A stretch of 64,000 nt of DNA, from contig CAVPIY010000010.1 in assembly GCA_963705125.1 (NCBI GenBank), forward strand, positions 45,885 to 109,884. Reading direction: 5' to 3'. This document shows positions 10,257-19,699 of the stretch, one piece after another. The notes under the pieces were generated by a model, which saw nothing but the letters and a program-made list of their open reading frames with translations, did not search any database and was not told the DNA's origin. How positions within the stretch are numbered: position 1 is the stretch's first letter; each line of letters opens with the position of its first letter. The translations under genes were made by a program, and so were the position numbers. This DNA is from an uncultured Bacteroidales bacterium (GTDB lineage Bacteria > Bacteroidota > Bacteroidia > Bacteroidales > UBA10428).

Positions 10257-11185
10257 GATTTTAAGCTGCTTATCTCATACCCGCGTATCCCGAATGAGGG
10301 GTAAAGATTCATATGCGAAAAACAAGCCGGTTCCTGCATGGCCTGACCAAAATGCTTCATATGAAAGGCAAACTGAAGGTCTACCCTGGCAGCCATGTGC
10401 ACACAATATTCGGCCAGATAAAACTCATTCTCGAATCCGGCGCCGGTAAATATGTCGCTGGTCTCCATGGTATAATACTGAATATAATCCCTGTCGGTGG
10501 TCGTATTCCTGAACGGCAGTCCGCGCAGGTTTCTCCACAGCTGCTGGACATCAATGGTTGTGGAATATTCCGGCTCACCGACATCATAAAAGTTCGGAGA
10601 ATGACAGAACTGGGAGGCGCTGGAGAATACATGCGGATTTGCGGCCGCCAGCCATATGGCTGCATGTCCGCCCATGGAAAGACCTGAAATGGCCCTGTAC
10701 TGTGGAGCCGGAAGGGTATTATACATGGAGTCCACAACCCCGATCAGTTCTTTTATGTACACGGAAAAATTATAAAAGTTGCCGGTCCAGTTTTCAGCCA
10801 TTGACGGAAAGTAAACCCCGCATCCCGGCAGTCCCTCTATTTTACCGTCTGGGCATACGATAATAACATCATGGTACAGGGTGAAGTTCTCAAAATCAGC
10901 ATTGTTTGGATATTCATAGTCAGGATGGACCGGTCTGCCGATGGCCCCGGGGGCAGGCAGGCCATATTCCCGGTAACTGTATGTCCCGCTCTTCCGGTAA
11001 CTGCCTCCGCAGCCATGCAAAAAATATATTACCGGGTATTTTCGGTGCGAATCTCCTGGATCATATGCCGGGGGCGTAAATACCCTGAAATGCCTGTTTT
11101 CTCCGAAAGTGGCACTGAAGTGGCTTTCATCTGTAAAGGCCTGTACCGTGCCCGGAATGAGCAGAAAAAAGAGGAAGGTTTTCAT
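10241..11185 (-). CDS. Secreted alpha/beta hydrolase esterase, copy A (C-terminus probably truncated)
   Basis: YPVIYFLHG and GLSMGG nucleophile elbow; last codons derive from the fused lipoprotein DNA. Confidence 0.85.
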   Translation of the reverse strand: MKTFLFFLLIPGTVQAFTDESHFSATFGENRHFRVFTPPAYDPGDSHRKYPVIYFLHGCGGSYRKSGTYSYREYGLPAPGAIGRPVHPDYEYPNNADFENFTLYHDVIIVCPDGKIEGLPGCGVYFPSMAENWTGNFYNFSVYIKELIGVVDSMYNTLPAPQYRAISGLSMGGHAAIWLAAANPHVFSSASQFCHSPNFYDVGEPEYSTTIDVQQLWRNLRGLPFRNTTTDRDYIQYYTMETSDIFTGAGFENEFYLAEYCVHMAARVDLQFAFHMKHFGQAMQEPACFSHMNLYPSFGIRGYEISSLKSGKAI

Positions 11186-11304
11186 GACATCAGATCCCTT
11201 GTGGATATAATATTACGATATTCCGTCAAATACCAGATCATGTATTCCAAAAAAGCGGATAACCTTTTTGATTGTTATTTCAAAAAAAAATCGATATTTC
11301 TTTT

Positions 11305-11331
11305 TATAGTTAGGAATCCTTACTATATTTG
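11305..11331 (+). promoter_or_regulatory. Palindromic operator overlapping a Bacteroidota -7 promoter element
   Basis: TATAGTTAGGAATCCTTACTATA imperfect palindrome overlapping TATATTTG (11324-11331), upstream of the protoglobin. Confidence 0.6.
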
Positions 11332-11383
11332 TACCGACAAACATGTCAACAGGACAAATTTATTCACGTAAAAAAAGACAAAA

Positions 11384-12040
11384 ATGAAATCGAGAATCTT
11401 AATTGTTATTATGGCTGCTGTTTTTATTGCAGCAACCGGGTCTGCCCAATCTGCAAAAACAATTGCAGGCTATACCTATGGAACAAACCAGGTCGCAAGA
11501 TCCCCCCTTAGTTTAGAGGATTTGAAATTGTTGGAGCAAACCTTATTGTTTAACGATGACGACATTGCATATCTAAAAATGAGTCGTGATATTTTAAAGG
11601 ACCAAACCAATGACATTTTGGATGTTTGGTATGGTTTTGTAGGATCTACGCCTCAATTGCTTTACTTTTTCGGGGACAAAACAACAGGTAAACCGGATGG
11701 AGAGTACCTGGCAAAAGTCAGAGAAAGATTTGGCATTTGGATTTTACAAACAGCAGAAGCTGAATATGACCAGAACTGGTTGAACTATCAGTATGAAATA
11801 GGGCTTAGGCACTATTCTGCAAAGAAGAACAAGACCGACAACGTCAATTCTGTCTCTATTGTCAACTATCGCTATGTTCCAGCCCTGACAATTCCGTTAA
11901 CAACTACTTTAAAACCATTTCTTGCCAAAAAAGGAGCAAGTTCCGACGATGTGGAAAAGATGTATAACGCCTGGGTAAAATCTGTTTTATTACAAAGTAT
12001 TCTTTGGGGACAACCTTATATGAAGGAAGGTGAATTCTAA
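11384..12040 (+). CDS. Protoglobin with N-terminal signal peptide
   Basis: IAGYTYG, LEDLKLL, ILDVWYGFVGS.P.LLY.F, QYEIGLRH (proximal His), KKN.TDNV, PFLAKKG all recall archaeal protoglobin. Confidence 0.92.
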   Translation: MKSRILIVIMAAVFIAATGSAQSAKTIAGYTYGTNQVARSPLSLEDLKLLEQTLLFNDDDIAYLKMSRDILKDQTNDILDVWYGFVGSTPQLLYFFGDKTTGKPDGEYLAKVRERFGIWILQTAEAEYDQNWLNYQYEIGLRHYSAKKNKTDNVNSVSIVNYRYVPALTIPLTTTLKPFLAKKGASSDDVEKMYNAWVKSVLLQSILWGQPYMKEGEF

Positions 12041-12125
12041 ACAAACCGGGAAATAGTTGGATCATGACCTTGCATCTCAGGGGTAAACCAACTATTTTCT
12101 ATAATCATAAATAAAAACAGCAATT

Positions 12126-12392
12126 ATGGAAGTATCAGTCTGGGACACTTATTTTACAAAAAAGGATGGTAAGGTTATGCATTTTGACATTATTGTACCG
12201 GCTATGATCAAGGATGAAAGAATGATTCATTCTTTTGGTAATGAATACTTACAATATATAAACAAGGGAAACCCGGAATTAACAGCAAAGTCGTGCAGTT
12301 TTTGCCACATTGAGAAAGCAACTGATGAAATGGAAAGGAGTATTCAGCAAAAAGGATATTATATCATGGAAATGGAAGGATGTCAAATATGA
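12126..12392 (+). CDS. DUF2024 family protein
   Basis: VWDTY..KKDG.VMHFDIIVP, CSFCH, GYYI.EMEGC. Confidence 0.85.
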   Translation: MEVSVWDTYFTKKDGKVMHFDIIVPAMIKDERMIHSFGNEYLQYINKGNPELTAKSCSFCHIEKATDEMERSIQQKGYYIMEMEGCQI

Positions 12393-12499
12393 TCAGCAAA
12401 GCATGTTGAAACAAATGATTACTTTTGGCAAAAAGTCATGAATTCAGCAGAATGATCAAAAAATGTTTCCATTCTAAAACTGCTCAGAAACATAATAGT

Positions 12500-13096
12500 A
12501 TGTCAGTTTTTGATTTACATTGGCAGAATGAAAATCTGAACAACAAGATCATAGCCGGACTGGAACGTTTATCTCAGGTGTTCAGAATATTGCTTTGGGA
12601 GAAGGCAAAAGAACACAGTTTAAGCCCCATACAGATCCAGTTGTTAATTTTTATCAGGCATCATTCATCAGACAAGACCACGATAAGTTATCTTGCCCGT
12701 GAGTTTAATTTTACCAAACCCACAATTAGTGATGCTATCAAAGCTCTCGGGCAAAAAAAACTCATTAAGAAGTTTACCGACCATTCTGACTCCAGAAGCT
12801 ATACCATACAGCTGACACCCTCAGGGAAGAAAGTGGTTTTAGAAACGGAGAACTACGCAAATCCTCTGACAGAATTAATATCCAAAGCAAGAGAGACAGA
12901 CAAGGCAGTATTGTGGGAAAATATATCAAACCTGATTGTGAGTCTCAATAAACTGGAAGTAATTAGTGTTCAACGGACTTGTTTTAATTGTAAATATTAT
13001 GCGATCAATAGCAACAAACATTTCTGCAACCTGCTTGATCAAAAATTATTGACGCAGGACATTAGAATTGACTGCCATGAATTTGAATTGGCATGA
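12500..13096 (+). CDS. MarR family regulator with C-terminal Cys-rich motif
   Basis: LSPIQIQLL, wHTH TKPTISDA, DSRSYTIQLT; CFNC...C...C tail. Confidence 0.88.
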   Translation: MSVFDLHWQNENLNNKIIAGLERLSQVFRILLWEKAKEHSLSPIQIQLLIFIRHHSSDKTTISYLAREFNFTKPTISDAIKALGQKKLIKKFTDHSDSRSYTIQLTPSGKKVVLETENYANPLTELISKARETDKAVLWENISNLIVSLNKLEVISVQRTCFNCKYYAINSNKHFCNLLDQKLLTQDIRIDCHEFELA

Positions 13097-13251
13097 ATTG
13101 CGTGAATTAGTTACGACCTGATCTGATAGCCAGGAATTAAACAAAATTTGTTTTATTCTGATTCTAAATTAACATAAACCATAGATAAGCATTAGTGAAG
13201 TGACTAAATCCAGGTACGGATTATTAAGATGAGAACCAAATAGGTAAACCC

Positions 13252-13480
13252 TTAGATCCAGTCGTTCCCTGATTTTGATCTGCTTACTTCATAACCGCGT
13301 ATCCCGAATGAGGGGTAAAGATTCATGTGTGAAAAACAGCATGGTACCTGCATGGCCTGACCAAAATGCTTCATGTGAAAGGCAAACTGAAGGTCTATCC
13401 TGGCAGCCATATGCACACAGTATTCGGCCAGAAAAAACTCATTTTCAAAACCGGCAACCTGGCTACATATGGCCGGTAAG
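13252..13480 (-). pseudogene. Diverged 3' fragment of the esterase
   Basis: AGFENEFFLAEYCVHMAARIDLQFAFHMKHFG...SKSGNDWI; no N-terminal part. Confidence 0.85.
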
Positions 13481-13618
13481 TTTTCATTTAACATACAAAA
13501 CTAAATATTTGAACAAATCAGGTTTTAAATGGTTATAATGCCGGAGACCAGAAACCAAATTATAAAACGGGGCGAAACTGAAAAGCCATACGAGTAGGAA
13601 AATACTAATTCAAAAAAG

Positions 13619-13888
13619 ATGGTAACAGTAATTGTCTCACATGAATGCAAAAACTACTCAGATTGGAGAAAAGTTTTTGATGCTGATGAAGTAAACCGTT
13701 CAAAAGCAGGTTTTAAAATTACTGGAGTATATCATTCTGTTGATAATGCAAATAAGTTAACAATTATTGGCGAAGCTCCAAGCGCAGAAGCAATAAATGC
13801 TTTTATGTCAAATCCTGAATTGAAAGCAGCAATGGAAAAAGGAGGAGTAATAGGCATGCCAAATGTTAGTATTTTAAGCAAAATTTGA
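13619..13888 (+). CDS. Small ferredoxin-like dimeric alpha/beta protein (DUF3764/cyclase-like)
   Basis: H...NY..WRKVFDAD...R..AG; F..NPELKAAMEKGGV.G.P. Confidence 0.7.
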   Translation: MVTVIVSHECKNYSDWRKVFDADEVNRSKAGFKITGVYHSVDNANKLTIIGEAPSAEAINAFMSNPELKAAMEKGGVIGMPNVSILSKI

Positions 13889-14019
13889 TTTAGGAGTCTT
13901 TGCTAAAAAGCAGGCCAATATGGCAGGACAAACTTACGGAACTCATATTGGGTATTGGATTATCATGGCAAATAATTGCAGTGCTTTCGAATAGAAAATA
14001 TAATTATTGCTGTATGAGA

Positions 14020-15489
14020 TCAGAACCGGCTTGTTAATCGTACCTCAATACCTTTAAAATCCAATACTTCATAACATATTCCGGCATTGCAGGCAGGACC
14101 TCCGCGTCTCTCCCCGGCAAAAATCTGAAAACTGTTACTTTCATTCACCTGATACTTTGCATTTGCACCAAGCCAAATTTTAGAACCTTCCGTAACCACA
14201 AATGAATCATTGCTGTATTCTGTTATGATGTTGCAAATGATTTTTGATTTATAAGCATACCCTAAAACAAACACATGATTCTGATAATTCTCTCCTGAAC
14301 GTTTAAAGGTTTGGAATTCATATTCGGTTTTAATGGATGAAGTTTTGAGAACCTTCCAATCTGCACTTATACCGGTCGATATCCGATGTTCCTCAAGTTT
14401 AAAAGGATCCTCTGCATAATCGGTAAATATCTTCATGTCATGTTTATCTGATAAGGAAAAATCATATTCGAGAAAGAATTCCTGAAAAACGAATTTCTGT
14501 TCAAAAATATTTATGGCCAGAGTATTATTAAATGTGATTGTCGATAAGTCGGGAAAGGTATAAAACAGCTCAACCTGATAACCTGTTTCGTTTGTTGGCT
14601 GAAGTACGTGAGTACTTCTGTTGAGAACTTTATAGGAATGCTCCTTTATTAAGGCTGGAGGTTCATTCATACCGGAACCGATCAGAAAGTTTTTATAGTT
14701 TTTATATTCAGCACTTATACCAAAATTATTAATTGCCATATTCAACCCCACATAAAGGGCATGCGACGATTGGCTGGAAAAATCGCCAAAGGTAAAATCG
14801 CTTACATTTTTGGCTATTTCTGTATAATAAGAAAAGGCATGCGAAATATTGCCCGATAAAGTGGCCATGAAATAAACCTGGTCATTTCCACTATTCGAAT
14901 TTTTCAGGACCGAAACACCGAATGTTTGCTTTTTTAGGCTATATTCAGAATAAACGGCAGCAACCGTATCCGGTCTCCTGTATTTAAATTCCTGCGTCGG
15001 TGGAAAGACATAATTCAGCGGACTGCCATAGAGAACCTTTGTATTAAAATTCTTATGCTGAAACCTGACACTTATGCCCAATATATCACGATTAAAATAA
15101 TGACGGGACCGATAACTTAAATCCTCAAGAATGGCCCCCGGTATTTCAAAAGAGCGCAATAATAAGCCTCGCCCAATGGTTTCGTAGAAATTGCCGATTT
15201 TTATTTCGAAGGGCTTTCGTTTATATTGCAATAAAAATTGGGTCAGTTTTACATAACCACTACCTGCAAGAGGGGTGTTAAACTGTTCCAATGTTGCACT
15301 TGCTTTTAAGAACTTGTAATTGTAGTTAGCGACCAATCTGTCGTAGAGTGTCGATATAGAAGATGTGTCTCCCGGTAATCGGCCATATTGATACTCTGCT
15401 ATATTATTTCCGCTAAACTGAGCATGAGAGGGATTTGTATTGCATAAAATAAAGAGCAGAATACTAGCTGTTTTGGAAATCCTGCTCAC
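14020..15489 (-). CDS. DUF6029-like outer-membrane beta-barrel protein
   Basis: Signal peptide, GNFYETIGRGLLLRSFE, C-terminal GERRGG..C.AGIC...F.G.EVRLTSRF. Confidence 0.75.
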   Translation of the reverse strand: MSRISKTASILLFILCNTNPSHAQFSGNNIAEYQYGRLPGDTSSISTLYDRLVANYNYKFLKASATLEQFNTPLAGSGYVKLTQFLLQYKRKPFEIKIGNFYETIGRGLLLRSFEIPGAILEDLSYRSRHYFNRDILGISVRFQHKNFNTKVLYGSPLNYVFPPTQEFKYRRPDTVAAVYSEYSLKKQTFGVSVLKNSNSGNDQVYFMATLSGNISHAFSYYTEIAKNVSDFTFGDFSSQSSHALYVGLNMAINNFGISAEYKNYKNFLIGSGMNEPPALIKEHSYKVLNRSTHVLQPTNETGYQVELFYTFPDLSTITFNNTLAINIFEQKFVFQEFFLEYDFSLSDKHDMKIFTDYAEDPFKLEEHRISTGISADWKVLKTSSIKTEYEFQTFKRSGENYQNHVFVLGYAYKSKIICNIITEYSNDSFVVTEGSKIWLGANAKYQVNESNSFQIFAGERRGGPACNAGICYEVLDFKGIEVRLTSRF

Positions 15490-15491
15490 TA

Positions 15492-15977
15492 TTAACTCGC
15501 GTTTAAATATTTCTCTATCTCAGTAATTATAATTTCGGTATCCCCGGAAACAAAACCTTCATGAATCCAGACGATTTTTCCATTTGAATTGACAATGACC
15601 AGTGTTGGTAAACCCACGATGTTTAATTCAGTTTTTAGTTCGGAATTAATATCAATTAATACGGGATACTGAATTTGCAACGATTTGCTCAGGGGAGCTA
15701 CTTTTGAAATGCTTCGCGGACCATCGCAGTTTATGCCGATTATTTCAACTCCCTTATTTTTGTATAATTCGTATATTTTATTAAGCTCAGGAATTGCTTT
15801 GTTACAAGGTTTGCACCATGTTGCCCAAAAATCGATAAGGGTAAGTTTTTCTCCTTTTAGTTCGTTGTAATTCCGGGTATTGTTTTCAATATCCTTGTAT
15901 TCAAAATTATTCACGGTTTGTGCTGTTAAACCAACTTGTGAGAATAATGCAAATACCAGAAATGATACTATTTTCAT
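15492..15977 (-). CDS. TlpA family thiol-disulfide oxidoreductase
   Basis: DFWATWCKPC; signal peptide. Confidence 0.92.
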   Translation of the reverse strand: MKIVSFLVFALFSQVGLTAQTVNNFEYKDIENNTRNYNELKGEKLTLIDFWATWCKPCNKAIPELNKIYELYKNKGVEIIGINCDGPRSISKVAPLSKSLQIQYPVLIDINSELKTELNIVGLPTLVIVNSNGKIVWIHEGFVSGDTEIIITEIEKYLNAS

Positions 15978-16076
15978 GATTATTCGCTGGTTATAAAATG
16001 AAACCCCACAAAAAATGTAATTATCATGGTGTTATTTTTATTTATTTGCAGAAAGAACAGTATGGCAAGTATTTTT

Positions 16077-16631
16077 TTACTTCGCCAATAGTTCGGTTAC
16101 TTTTAATTCTGCTGCGGCAATATCCGAGGATGTCGATTTTTTTCCCTGAAACGCTATTTTGCCTGCTTTATCAATTACAACAATCCTATCGTATGTAGTT
16201 TTATAATCAGCAGCCACACGTGATGCATTTAATAAGAGGGGAAACGAAACATTGGTTGCAGTTTTAAAGGCCTGCACCGCGGCTGAATTACCATTCCATT
16301 GGTCAAGCCCCAGAACCACATAATCGGTGTTGGATGCAAAGGGTGTAACCAACTTACTCTCAACACTGGGTGCAACTGCTTTGCATGATGGACAGCTGCT
16401 GCCGAAAAAGAACAGCACAACCACTTTATTGTTAAAATCGGAAAGACTTACATCAGCACCATCTAAGGATTTAAGTGTGAATGCGGGAGCAGCTGAAACC
16501 ATCACCGAGGGTTCCGTAGTATCTTCATCTTTTGAGCATGATGCAAGTGCCAAAGTAAAAACAAGGATGGTGACCATGGTTTTGGATGCCAATAAAAGCG
16601 TCCAAAAAAGGCGTTCATTATTTTGTTTCAT
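16077..16631 (-). CDS. TlpA/redoxin family lipoprotein
   Basis: LASC-SKDED lipobox; APAFTL, CPSC motif. Confidence 0.88.
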   Translation of the reverse strand: MKQNNERLFWTLLLASKTMVTILVFTLALASCSKDEDTTEPSVMVSAAPAFTLKSLDGADVSLSDFNNKVVVLFFFGSSCPSCKAVAPSVESKLVTPFASNTDYVVLGLDQWNGNSAAVQAFKTATNVSFPLLLNASRVAADYKTTYDRIVVIDKAGKIAFQGKKSTSSDIAAAELKVTELLAK

Positions 16632-16733
16632 ATATTCAATTTTTAAACGATTAAATATTGAAACAAAATTAAGGTAACATAGTTGCCTCAGGAATGGATA
16701 TATTTTCTTATATCATGGACAAATTTGGTGCGC

Positions 16734-17582
16734 CTATGATTTTAGTTGACTTTTCTTGTATTCACTTGGCGATATTCCGGTTTCTTTGGAAAATAAGCGA
16801 CTAAAATAGTACGGGTCATCGTAGCCAATTTTTGAGGCAATTTCCTTAACTGAATTATCGGTATACAATAACAGTCTTTTAGCTTCTGTTACAACTCTGT
16901 TCTTAATTATTCTGGAAGGGGACTCAGTGCCATATTTTTTTAGTTTTTTTGTTAGCGATGCGGGTGCTATACCCATCATGCCGGCATAGTTTTCCACCTG
17001 TTTTATTTCTCTGAAATGTTTTTCGACCATGTCACTGAATTTTCGGGCAAAATCAATAGTGATATCATCTACCTGGCCAATACTCATTTGTGTGCGAAAG
17101 AGTCTATTGGAACGAATAAGTAGGTTCTTGAGAAGATTCTTCAACATCTCGTCCTGTAATGAGGCCTGGTTTTCCAATTCGACAATCATCTCTTTGGCAA
17201 TACCGGTGTATATGGGAAGTTGTTGCTCATCTAAAAGAAAATGTACCGAAGTGAAATTATTAACAAAAAGCAATCCATTACACGAAACATCACCATCGTG
17301 ATATTCGATGCAATAAAACTCTTTATTAAATGAAATTGCAAATCCCTCGGAAAGGGTGTTTTCAAAAATATGAATATGCTGTCCGGGTGTTATAAAAATT
17401 GCATGGGGATTATTTAGTTTCAATTGATAATCATCAATAGCCATTTCTCCGTTTGCTTGTGTACTTATAAGGATTGTATACCACTGATGCGGAATTTCAA
17501 GTGCTGTTTCTTTACAAAAATCGGAAATGGATTGAACCGAAAAGAATGCTTTTGTTTTGGTATGGAAATATCCGTGTCTCAT
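16734..17582 (-). CDS. AraC family transcriptional regulator
   Basis: C-terminal EAKRLLLYTDNSVKEIA..IGYDDPYYFSRLF...TGISPSEY. Confidence 0.95.
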   Translation of the reverse strand: MRHGYFHTKTKAFFSVQSISDFCKETALEIPHQWYTILISTQANGEMAIDDYQLKLNNPHAIFITPGQHIHIFENTLSEGFAISFNKEFYCIEYHDGDVSCNGLLFVNNFTSVHFLLDEQQLPIYTGIAKEMIVELENQASLQDEMLKNLLKNLLIRSNRLFRTQMSIGQVDDITIDFARKFSDMVEKHFREIKQVENYAGMMGIAPASLTKKLKKYGTESPSRIIKNRVVTEAKRLLLYTDNSVKEIASKIGYDDPYYFSRLFSKETGISPSEYKKSQLKS

Positions 17583-17694
17583 TTATTTTGTTGCGTTTCG
17601 GTAACCGCATAGTCAAATCCGCATGCAATTTGCCATTATTTTCTATTTGAAAGTTCTACAATTATATGCCATGATCATTCTATACCTAATATGA

Positions 17695-17878
17695 GTTCTG
17701 AAGGAACGACATGTAACAGCAAAGGGCAGCATCCAGCGATAGTGAGATGCGGCCCTGTTTAGTAATGGCATATGATTAACGTATCGCACCTTCAGCGTTC
17801 CAATCACGTCTTCACATTTTACACAGGACTGTGTTGCACTTCGCCCTGTGCTTTTACATTTCGGGGCTTTGCCCCTTC
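17695..17878. repeat. Degenerate REP/REPIN-like palindrome cluster
   Basis: AGGGC-GCATC...GATGC-GCCCT, CACAGG...CCTGTG and GGGGCTTTGCCCC hairpins. Confidence 0.4.
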
Positions 17879-17964
17879 ATAAAATCCAAAATACGAATCG
17901 GAAATTATTCACCATTGCCGATAGCCTTAAATAGGTAAACTCCTGCCGGCGGCAACGGGTTTTT

Positions 17965-18028
17965 CTGGGTTTTTTAATGAACAACGGACTTCCTGTCTAA
18001 GGTACCGGTAAGGGAATACCCTTTTCAT
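17965..18028 (-). pseudogene. Internally deleted remnant of the small secreted protein (paralog B)
   Basis: ATGAAAAGGGTATTC joined directly to ATTCCCTTACCGGTACC (IPLPVP tail); conserved upstream sequence at 18068-18110. Confidence 0.75.
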
Positions 18029-18132
18029 ATTCCGATATTAAGAGTTAACTATTATGCTAAAGATAAGAAATAAAAAGGCTTACGTCAACTGTATTTTGAC
18101 CAAAAGACAAAGATCTGACACACAGGGGAGCT

Positions 18133-18594
18133 CTATTCGCATACCACATCAAGGCCCTGGCTGTCCCAGCAATGCCATAAAGCGTCCTGAAAATAATGTT
18201 CGGCTTTTATTCTGCCATTGTATTCAGTTGAACTCCACTCTATGTTCACTGTCATATCTTCTTCTGTACGGTTCCGTGTGTTGTAAACAACCGTATAAAA
18301 GGCGTTCAGGGCATTTTCAGTAAGCCCGTACGAAAGGTAACTTCCGACGGTCAGTTGGTTGGGATCGGCATTGTCAGCCACATGTATGTAAGTATATTTT
18401 ATTTCACCGATTTCATCACCCGTTTTCGACCAATCGATTTGCAGTATACCTTCCTGATCGGCATAACTGTGGTAGAGTTTCCATTGGCCGTCCATTCCAT
18501 CCAGGTTTGAAGTCCCCTCAAACCATAAAAACTCATCGTGGCCCCCGACTCCGTCTTTGGAAATGTACATTTCCCATTTTATATCGCTTTCCCT
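18133..18594 (-). pseudogene. 3' half of the 22545-23381 lipoprotein (copy B)
   Basis: Same junction as copy A. Confidence 0.88.
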
Positions 18595-19523
18595 GATTTT
18601 AAGCTGCTTATCTCATACCCGCGTATCCCGAATGAGGGGTAAAGATTCATATGCGAAAAACAAGCCGGTTCCTGCATGGCCTGACCAAAATACTTCATAT
18701 GAAAGGCAAACTGAAGGTCTACCCTGGCAGCCATGTGCACACAATATTCGGCCAGATAAAACTCATTCTCGAATCCGGCGCCGGTAAATATGTCGCTGGT
18801 CTCCATGGTATAATACTGAATATAATCCCTGTCGGTGGTCGTATTCCTGAACGGCAGTCCGCGCAGGTTTCTCCACAGCTGCTGGACATCAATGGTTGTG
18901 GAATATTCCGGCTCACCGACATCATAAAAGTTCGGAGAATGACAGAACTGGGAGGCGCTGGAGAATACATGCGGATTTGCGGCCGCCAGCCATATGGCTG
19001 CATGTCCGCCCATGGAAAGACCTGAAATGGCCCTGTACTGTGGAGCCGGAAGGGTATTATACATGGAGTCCACAACCCCGATCAGTTCTTTTATGTACAC
19101 GGAAAAATTATAAAAGTTGCCGGTCCAGTTTTCAGCCATTGACGGAAAGTAAACCCCGCATCCCGGCAGTCCCTCTATTTTACCGTCTGGGCATACGATA
19201 ATAACATCATGGTACAGGGTGAAGTTCTCAAAATCAGCATTGTTTGGATATTCATAGTCAGGATGGACCGGTCTGCCGATGGCCCCGGGGGCAGGCAGGC
19301 CATATTCCCGGTAACTGTATGTCCCGCTCTTCCGGTAACTGCCTCCGCAGCCATGCAGAAAATATATTACCGGGTATTTTCGGTGCGAATCTCCTGGATC
19401 ATATGCCGGGGGCGTAAATACCCTGAAATGCCTGGTTTCTCCGAAAGTGGCACTGAAGTGGCTTTCATCTGTAAAGGCCTGTACCGTGCCCGGAATGAGC
19501 AGAAAAAAGAGGAAGGTTTTCAT
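18579..19523 (-). CDS. Secreted alpha/beta hydrolase esterase, copy B
   Basis: Differs from copy A at 2 residues (N/T, H/Y). Confidence 0.85.
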   Translation of the reverse strand: MKTFLFFLLIPGTVQAFTDESHFSATFGETRHFRVFTPPAYDPGDSHRKYPVIYFLHGCGGSYRKSGTYSYREYGLPAPGAIGRPVHPDYEYPNNADFENFTLYHDVIIVCPDGKIEGLPGCGVYFPSMAENWTGNFYNFSVYIKELIGVVDSMYNTLPAPQYRAISGLSMGGHAAIWLAAANPHVFSSASQFCHSPNFYDVGEPEYSTTIDVQQLWRNLRGLPFRNTTTDRDYIQYYTMETSDIFTGAGFENEFYLAEYCVHMAARVDLQFAFHMKYFGQAMQEPACFSHMNLYPSFGIRGYEISSLKSGKAI

Positions 19524-19699
19524 AACATCAGCTCCATTGGTTATTTAATATTACAAAATTCCGGAATATCACGGGTCATATTTATATTACAGAAATTACA
19601 TATCTTTCGGGTAATCGGATAAGCCGGAATCATGAAACTGACAAACGCTCAAACAATGCGGCTCCACAACCGTTTAAATTACCTGTAAAACATGACAGT

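Larger units (their letters stand above)
9795..11185. repeat. 1.39-kb direct repeat A (B at 18133-19523)
   Basis: Only a handful of substitutions internally; offset 8338 bp. Confidence 0.95.
18133..19523. repeat. 1.39-kb direct repeat B
   Basis: Near-identical to 9795-11185. Confidence 0.95.

Noticed and set aside
12126-12392. CxxCH as a c-type haem site in DUF2024
   Set aside because: No signal peptide, so periplasmic cytochrome c maturation is unlikely; metal binding is more plausible.
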